From contig NC_006512.1 of assembly GCF_000008465.1 (NCBI RefSeq), positions 840,001-872,000 of the forward strand: DNA of 32,000 bases, given 5' to 3'. Shown here piece after piece: positions 26,285 through 32,000 of this stretch. Position numbers and translations under genes: made by a program. How positions within the stretch are numbered: the first letter of the stretch is position 1; every line of letters begins with the position of its first letter. The DNA is from Idiomarina loihiensis L2TR. Its GTDB lineage: Bacteria > Pseudomonadota > Gammaproteobacteria > Enterobacterales > Alteromonadaceae. Under the pieces are notes generated by a model, which saw only the letters and a list, made by a program, of their open reading frames with translations, did not search any database and was not told where the DNA came from.

Positions 26285-27202
26285 TTAATCTTCCCGGTAG
26301 CCCAGACTTTTTAACGCTCGTTCGTCGTCCGACCAGCCAGATTTTACCTTAACCCAAAGTTTCATCATGACTTTGTTGTCCAGCAGTTTTTCTAGATCGC
26401 GCCGGGCTTCGGTGCCTATGGTTTTCAGTTTGCTACCGCCTTGCCCGATAATCATCCGCTTCTGCGCTTCGCGTTCAACCAGTATTAAGGCATGAATATG
26501 AGTGGTGCCTTTTTCAGACTGACCAAACTGCTCAATTTCCACTGTCGTTTCATACGGCAATTCGTCACCGGTAAAACGCATAAGCTTTTCACGCACAATT
26601 TCTGCCGCCATAAAGCGCACAGAACGGTCCGTTACGTAGTCTTCAGGGTAATAGTGGTAGCCTGGCTGCAAATGCGAGCGAACAATTTTTCTCAGCTCGT
26701 CAACATTGTCGCCGTGTGTTGCCGATATGGGCAGAATGGCATCAAACTTATGCTGTTCATTCAGCCACTGCAAATGCGGTAATAAGCGTTCTTTGTCTTT
26801 CAATTGGTCAACTTTATTAACCAATAACACTACTGGCACTTTACTGCGCTGAATTTTCTCCAGCACCATTTTGTCGTCTTCTAACCACTTTAGGTTTTCA
26901 ACCACAAAAAGCACTAGGTCCACGTCTTTCAAGGCGGAGGATGCAGTCTGGTTCATCACGCGGTTTATCGCACGAGGTTCCTGTTTGTGCATACCAGGCG
27001 TGTCGACATAAATAGCCTGACAGCCATCGTCGGTATCTACGCCTAAAATACGATGACGGGTGGTCTGAGGTTTATTCGAGGTAATACTGATTTTCTGCCC
27101 CAGCAACCGGTTAATCAGTGTGGATTTCCCCACATTCGGACGACCAACAATGGCGACAAAGCCGCTGTGTTTATTCTCGTCCAGTTCTATATCCAGCGTC
27201 AT
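26285..27202 (-). CDS. era: GTPase Era
   Basis: G1 motif [11 protein letters not shown]3 motif DTPG, G4 motif NKVD, C-terminal KH domain ([10 protein letters not shown]). Overlaps rnc by 4 nt. Confidence 0.96.
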   Translation of the reverse strand: MTLDIELDENKHSGFVAIVGRPNVGKSTLINRLLGQKISITSNKPQTTRHRILGVDTDDGCQAIYVDTPGMHKQEPRAINRVMNQTASSALKDVDLVLFVVENLKWLEDDKMVLEKIQRSKVPVVLLVNKVDQLKDKERLLPHLQWLNEQHKFDAILPISATHGDNVDELRKIVRSHLQPGYHYYPEDYVTDRSVRFMAAEIVREKLMRFTGDELPYETTVEIEQFGQSEKGTTHIHALILVEREAQKRMIIGQGGSKLKTIGTEARRDLEKLLDNKVMMKLWVKVKSGWSDDERALKSLGYRED

Positions 27203-27888
27203 GCGCTCTCCTGCAAATGTTCTAATGCGGCCGTTGCTGCAGCCTGTTCGGCTTTACGGCGGCTGGTACCTGTGCCTTTAAAAGGGCTTTCGATACCTTC
27301 TACAGAACAGTTTACGGTAAATTGTTGATTATGCGCCTGCCCCTGCGTAGCGACCACGTCGTACTCAGGTAAAGGCTTCTGACGCGCCTGCAGTAATTCC
27401 TGCAAGCGTGTTTTCGGATCTTTCTGGCTGGTACCAGGTTCAATCAAGGTTAACTGGGGTTCGAACCAGTTAAGAATGACCTGTCGAATGGTATCCATGT
27501 CACTGTCCAGATAAATGGCACCAATAATGGCTTCTACTGCATCGGCAAGAATGGACTCGCGACGATAACCGCCGCTTTTTAGCTCGCCCTGACCCAGCGA
27601 CAAAAAATCGCCCAGTCCCATTTTTTTTCCAAGCTTCGCCAAAGAACGACCACAAACTATGGCAGCGCGCATGCGGCTTAAATCGCCTTCTGCTACTTTG
27701 GGGAATTTTTGATACAAAGCTTCAGCTATCACCAGACCTAAAATAGAATCGCCCAAAAACTCCAGGCGTTCATTGTGCGTTGATGAAGCACTACGGTGGG
27801 TCATTGCCTGATGCAATAAACCCTGCTGTTCAAAGCTATAACCAACAATTTTTTCCAGTTCCGTTAAAGGTGGTTTGGGCAAACTCAC
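27199..27888 (-). CDS. rnc: Ribonuclease III
   Basis: Signature [12 protein letters not shown], catalytic DA.EA.IGA.YLD, C-terminal dsRBD. Overlaps lepB by 4 nt. Confidence 0.96.
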   Translation of the reverse strand: MSLPKPPLTELEKIVGYSFEQQGLLHQAMTHRSASSTHNERLEFLGDSILGLVIAEALYQKFPKVAEGDLSRMRAAIVCGRSLAKLGKKMGLGDFLSLGQGELKSGGYRRESILADAVEAIIGAIYLDSDMDTIRQVILNWFEPQLTLIEPGTSQKDPKTRLQELLQARQKPLPEYDVVATQGQAHNQQFTVNCSVEGIESPFKGTGTSRRKAEQAAATAALEHLQESA

Positions 27889-28805
27889 TCAATACTCCCT
27901 AGCCTTTCAAATCGAACTCCCGTAGGAACCCACGACGGCAACCAACTATCGCTACTGCGATCCATTTCAAAACTCATCCAGATGAATACCGCTCTGCCAA
28001 CCAGCAACTCTTCGTCAACAAAGCCCCAATAGCGGCTGTCACGAGAATTATCGCGGTTATCACCCATAGCAAAATACTGGCCTTCCGGCACCACCCACTC
28101 GTCTTTCTGTGTGCCCGGCTGATTAAAATACGACATAGTCCGTGGCGCAACACGTGGGTCGATAAGAATTTCGTGGCTTACATCGCCTAACTGTTCTTCA
28201 TAAGTGCGTAAAGGTGACGAACCAGAGAAATACTCACCATCTTCTTTTAATGAGGTGGATACCACCTTCATTTCTTCACAGTCTTTCTCGCCAACGGCAC
28301 ACGCAGGCTGAATATAAAGTGACTTGTTTCGGTAAATAATACGGTCGCCAGGCAAGCCAATAACGCGTTTTATGTAATCTATGCTCGGTTCTTCCGGATA
28401 TTTAAATACGGCGATATCGCCGCGTTCAGGCAACGAGGTATCCACCAACGTCTTTTGAAAAAGCGGATCTTTAATACCGTAGGAAAACTTTTCTACCAGA
28501 ATAAAGTCGCCCTTTAGTAAGGTTGGCATCATTGAGCCTGACGGTATCTGAAATGGCTCGTATAACAATGTACGAACCACCAGTACTAAAGCAATCACTG
28601 GAAAAATAGACTCGCTCAGCTCCATAAGTTTAGGCTGAGGTGCCAGTGTGTCAATTTGCTGTTCGGTTAAAGCCTTGGTTGTTTTGGTCTCAACCTCAGC
28701 AATAACCGCTTTACGCTTTGGCTTCAGTACTCGCGCATCGTAAAGCCATAACAACCCGGACAGAACGGTAATAACGGTTAAAATAATTGAAAAATAATTG
28801 GCCAT
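27885..28805 (-). CDS. lepB: Signal peptidase I
   Basis: PSGSMMPTL (catalytic Ser box), KRVIGLPGD (Lys box), [16 protein letters not shown]. Confidence 0.94.
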   Translation of the reverse strand: MANYFSIILTVITVLSGLLWLYDARVLKPKRKAVIAEVETKTTKALTEQQIDTLAPQPKLMELSESIFPVIALVLVVRTLLYEPFQIPSGSMMPTLLKGDFILVEKFSYGIKDPLFQKTLVDTSLPERGDIAVFKYPEEPSIDYIKRVIGLPGDRIIYRNKSLYIQPACAVGEKDCEEMKVVSTSLKEDGEYFSGSSPLRTYEEQLGDVSHEILIDPRVAPRTMSYFNQPGTQKDEWVVPEGQYFAMGDNRDNSRDSRYWGFVDEELLVGRAVFIWMSFEMDRSSDSWLPSWVPTGVRFERLGSIE

Positions 28806-28808
28806 TTC

Positions 28809-30620
28809 CTATTTGCCTACTTTTAAAACCGCAAGAAAGGCTTCCTGAGGTACTTCTACGTTACCCAGGTTCTTCATGCGCTTTTTACCCTCTTTTTGTT
28901 TTTGTAAAAGCTTCTTCTTACGACTAATGTCGCCGCCATAACACTTCGCTGTTACGTTTTTACGCAACTGCTTGACCGTCGAGCGCGCAATAACATGGTT
29001 GCCAATGGTCGCCTGAATGGCAATATCAAACATTTGTCGTGGAATTAACTCACGCATTTTATCAACTAACATGCGGCCGCGCCCTTCAGCGTGATCACGG
29101 TGAGTGATCATTGCCAGCGCATCTACCCGGTCGCCGTTAATCAGTATATCGACACGAACCATGTCCGCAGGTTCAAATTTCTTGAACTGATAATCCAGTG
29201 AAGCGTAACCACGACTGGTCGATTTTAACCGGTCGAAGAAATCCATAACCACTTCTGCCATGGGCAGCTCGTAAGTTACCGCAACTTGTTTACCATGGTA
29301 AGCCATAGCCGTTTGTACGCCGCGCTTATCAACGCACAAGGTAATCACATTACCCAGAAACTCTTGCGGAACCAGAATATTGGCTTCCACAATAGGTTCG
29401 TAAATGGTTTCAATATCGTTAACCGCTGGCAAGTTCACCGGGTTATCCACTTTGACTATGCTGCCATCGGTCTTTTCAACTTCGTAAACAACCGTTGGTG
29501 CCGTGGTAATCAAGTCTATGTCGTACTCACGCTCTAAGCGTTCCTGAATAATTTCCATGTGCAGCATGCCAAGGAAACCACAACGGAAGCCAAAGCCAAG
29601 TGCCGCAGAGTTCTCCGGCTCATAAAAAAGCGACGCGTCATTTAACGACAATTTCCCCAAAGCATCCCGGAACGACTCATAGTCCTCTGAGCTGATTGGG
29701 AACATACCTGCGTAAACCTGAGGTTTGACTTTTTTAAAGCCCGGTACCGGCTCTTTTGCCGGGCTCTTCGTATTGGTTAGAGTATCACCGACCGGTGCGC
29801 CCAGAATGTCTTTAATACCCGAAATAACATAGCCCACCTCACCAGTGTGTAAAATACCGGTTTCGTGAGGTTTCGGGTCAAAATAACCAACTTTATCAAT
29901 TTGATACGACTGACCAGTAGACATTACTGTCATTTTCTCGCCGGCACGCAACGTTCCGTTGCGGACGCGAACCAAAGAAACAACCCCCTGATAATTATCA
30001 AACCAGGAGTCAATAATCAGTGCCTGTAATGGCTCTTCTGGTTCGCCCTTAGGCGGCGGTATTTGCCGGACAATGCGCTCAAGCACGTCGTCAATACCTA
30101 AACCAGTTTTAGCCGAACACTGAACCGCGTCTACGGCTTCAATGCCCACAATGTCCTCTATTTCCTGTGCAACGCCCATAGCATCGGCCTGCGGCAGGTC
30201 AATTTTGTTCAATACCGGAACAACTTCCAGGTCCATTTCAATAGCGGTATAACAGTTTGCCAAAGTCTGCGCTTCAACACCCTGAGCTGCATCAACAACC
30301 AGCAGTGCGCCTTCACAACCCGCCAACGAACGCGAGACTTCATAAGAGAAGTCAACATGCCCTGGAGTATCGATGAAGTTTAACTGATAGGTTTCACCAT
30401 CTTTAGCCGTGTAATAAAGGGTTACGCTCTGCGCTTTAATCGTAATACCCCGCTCACGCTCCAAATCCATGGAATCGAGTACTTGCTCAGCCATCTCACG
30501 GTCAGTCAGTCCACCGCAATGCTGGATCAAGCGGTCGGACAAGGTGGATTTACCGTGGTCAATGTGAGCGATGATCGAGAAGTTACGAATATTACTTTGC
30601 TTGAACGCCCTATTCGGCAT
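28809..30620 (-). CDS. lepA: Translation elongation factor 4 (LepA)
   Basis: [32 protein letters not shown], and the LepA-specific C-terminal domain. 603 aa. Confidence 0.97.
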   Translation of the reverse strand: MPNRAFKQSNIRNFSIIAHIDHGKSTLSDRLIQHCGGLTDREMAEQVLDSMDLERERGITIKAQSVTLYYTAKDGETYQLNFIDTPGHVDFSYEVSRSLAGCEGALLVVDAAQGVEAQTLANCYTAIEMDLEVVPVLNKIDLPQADAMGVAQEIEDIVGIEAVDAVQCSAKTGLGIDDVLERIVRQIPPPKGEPEEPLQALIIDSWFDNYQGVVSLVRVRNGTLRAGEKMTVMSTGQSYQIDKVGYFDPKPHETGILHTGEVGYVISGIKDILGAPVGDTLTNTKSPAKEPVPGFKKVKPQVYAGMFPISSEDYESFRDALGKLSLNDASLFYEPENSAALGFGFRCGFLGMLHMEIIQERLEREYDIDLITTAPTVVYEVEKTDGSIVKVDNPVNLPAVNDIETIYEPIVEANILVPQEFLGNVITLCVDKRGVQTAMAYHGKQVAVTYELPMAEVVMDFFDRLKSTSRGYASLDYQFKKFEPADMVRVDILINGDRVDALAMITHRDHAEGRGRMLVDKMRELIPRQMFDIAIQATIGNHVIARSTVKQLRKNVTAKCYGGDISRKKKLLQKQKEGKKRMKNLGNVEVPQEAFLAVLKVGK

Positions 30621-30723
30621 TGATGATACCTCTGTAAAACTGAATTCTGGAACTTAAAAAATTAGTCCCGATCATACTCATGTTAGCGGCAAGAACAAAG
30701 GACTTTATGACAGTTCAGGGGTT

Positions 30724-31167
30724 TCAGTGCTGAACTTCAGCCGCGACGGTTTCCAGTTTGACCATTGCATTGACTTGAATGTCACGTTTACGGAACCAGC
30801 GTTTTAGTCCCCAGAAGGTAAAAGCAAAGCCAGCAAAGGACAATAAAATAACAAAACCTTCGGGTAACGTGCCTGTGTTTTCCAGTAGCACAGCTAATAG
30901 CAACAGTGTCAGTATAGGTAAACCGTAGAGTAGTAGAGCAAAACGTGTTACTGCGGTTTCCGGTACTTCTAATTGCACCTGGTCGCCGGGACTAAACGTT
31001 TGTTCGGTAACCACAGTAAACTGCGCATTTCGGTCGGCAAAAACTTTACTTAAAATGCCAGCGCCACAGTTAGATACCTGCGCGCAACCCGAACAGGCCG
31101 TTTTTAACTGAGTGGTAACGGTTACGCGGTTGCCATCAACCGCGGTTACTTCTGCTACTTCTTTCAT
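30724..31167 (-). CDS. rseC: SoxR-reducing system / sigma-E regulatory protein RseC
   Basis: N-terminal Cys motif CSGCAQVSNCGAG (compare E. coli CSSCASRAGCGS), two C-terminal TM helices, and position downstream of rseB with a 1-nt overlap. Confidence 0.85.
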   Translation of the reverse strand: MKEVAEVTAVDGNRVTVTTQLKTACSGCAQVSNCGAGILSKVFADRNAQFTVVTEQTFSPGDQVQLEVPETAVTRFALLLYGLPILTLLLLAVLLENTGTLPEGFVILLSFAGFAFTFWGLKRWFRKRDIQVNAMVKLETVAAEVQH

Positions 31168-32000
31168 TATTTAACTTCCGCCGCTATGCGTTGAGCCATG
31201 GTTAAAGGTACCTGACCCACCACTGTCACAAGAAAGTTATTATAACGCTTTGAGAACAAAGTGTGTGAAGAAGATAGAGCGAGATCGGTTTCCATACCTT
31301 CTGTTAGCTCAGCCACATAAACCGAGTACTCAGCAAGACCATCAGAAAACAAATAATGGTCAACCGGCGTTGCATCAACAACGAGAGTATGGCTTTGCTG
31401 GCTTAACAATTTGAATCCGCGCGGTGCCCACCGCGGCCCAACACTGTAATTTGTTGCACTTTGTACCCGAAGATCTTTTAACAGCGGTGGCATTTCAATA
31501 TTGCTTATTTCTTTGGTTATTTCGGGAGCGGTATCACGAACCGATAAACTGGTTAATTGCATTTGCTCCACAACATCGCCGGACTGATTCATCATGATCA
31601 TTTTAAGCGGCATACCGTGCTTGCGGTCAATCCATAGTGCATAGCTGTAACGCTGATTATCGCGGCTTAAAATACGAATATGCTGGGCATTACGACCTAA
31701 AACCCGTGCGCCACCACCCACCATAACTTGATAACTATGGCTAAGACGCTCAAAGGGTTGAGAAAATGCGGCCGGAAAGATAGCAGTAATAGTATCGGAC
31801 TCTAGCGCGTAATTACTGGATGAGGTATTAAAGTGGGCAACCTTGTTATTCACTCTTAAGATGCGAAAGTCCGGACCATTCATTTGAATTAACAGTTCGG
31901 TACTTCCTGTCTCCGGATCGTTGCCCTGTAGCCATTGATAAGGCTCAATTTGATCACCATGTACATGAACTAAAGAAGCCTCAAAATTCAGTTCAGTTAA
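31167..32000 (-). CDS. rseB: Sigma-E factor regulatory protein RseB (MucB), 5' end beyond window
   Basis: The track shows only the internal Met at 31883. The frame stays open to 32000 (LTELNFEASLVHVHGDQIEPYQWLQG...). YALWIDRKHGMPLK matches the RseB/MucB motif, and the gene sits in rseB-rseC-lepA synteny. Confidence 0.85.
   Translation of the reverse strand, partial: LTELNFEASLVHVHGDQIEPYQWLQGNDPETGSTELLIQMNGPDFRILRVNNKVAHFNTSSSNYALESDTITAIFPAAFSQPFERLSHSYQVMVGGGARVLGRNAQHIRILSRDNQRYSYALWIDRKHGMPLKMIMMNQSGDVVEQMQLTSLSVRDTAPEITKEISNIEMPPLLKDLRVQSATNYSVGPRWAPRGFKLLSQQSHTLVVDATPVDHYLFSDGLAEYSVYVAELTEGMETDLALSSSHTLFSKRYNNFLVTVVGQVPLTMAQRIAAEVK

Noticed and set aside
1-32000. Looked for rRNA, tRNA, CRISPR repeats, IS elements, transposases, integrases, tandem repeats and recognisable defence or toxin-antitoxin genes
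   Set aside because: No regularly spaced direct repeats, cloverleaf-like tRNA sequence, rRNA-like stretch or recombinase-like ORF was seen by reading. A proper tRNAscan, Infernal or CRISPR finder run would be needed to exclude them formally.

Overview
This 32-kb chromosomal segment reads like a marine gammaproteobacterium (Alteromonadales-like; inferred from protein similarity and gene order, not verifiable here). From 20.06 to 32.0 kb there is one co-directional minus-strand run of conserved housekeeping genes: rseB (5' end off-window), rseC, lepA, lepB, rnc, era, recO, pdxJ, acpS, rlmD, relA, mazG. Several of these have 1-4 nt stop/start overlaps. The first 20 kb is a mosaic. It starts with ten co-directional minus-strand genes at 1-6278: lipoproteins, orphan proteins, a tight PAT-type GNAT / 60-aa membrane peptide / HAD-IB / SAM-methyltransferase cluster, a TonB-C-domain lipoprotein, a cupin and a DUF2157-like membrane protein. 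Next come membrane PQQ glucose dehydrogenase (gcd), an orphan S/T-rich coiled-coil ORF, acetoin reductase (budC) and a DUF3179 gene split by a frameshift at an A7 tract. This split gene is divergent from a Fur-box-controlled TonB-dependent siderophore receptor. After that come an Fe-type alcohol dehydrogenase, a Fur-box-controlled Mn-SOD translationally coupled to a ZIP metal transporter, an AT-rich orphan lipoprotein plus two small-membrane-protein cassette, and a divergent MerR-family regulator / DUF2938 membrane protein pair with a textbook MerR-type 19-bp-spacer promoter. I found no rRNA, tRNA, CRISPR array, transposase, integrase or recognisable defence or toxin gene by reading. I do not see one overwhelming novel system. 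The best candidates for follow-up are the MerR(C-x7-C-P)/DUF2938 divergon, the Fur-boxed sodA-ZIP coupled operon, the AT-rich orphan envelope cassette at 17.7-18.9 kb, and the homopolymer-split DUF3179 gene next to the iron-regulated receptor. All family names come from my recollection of motifs, not from searches.
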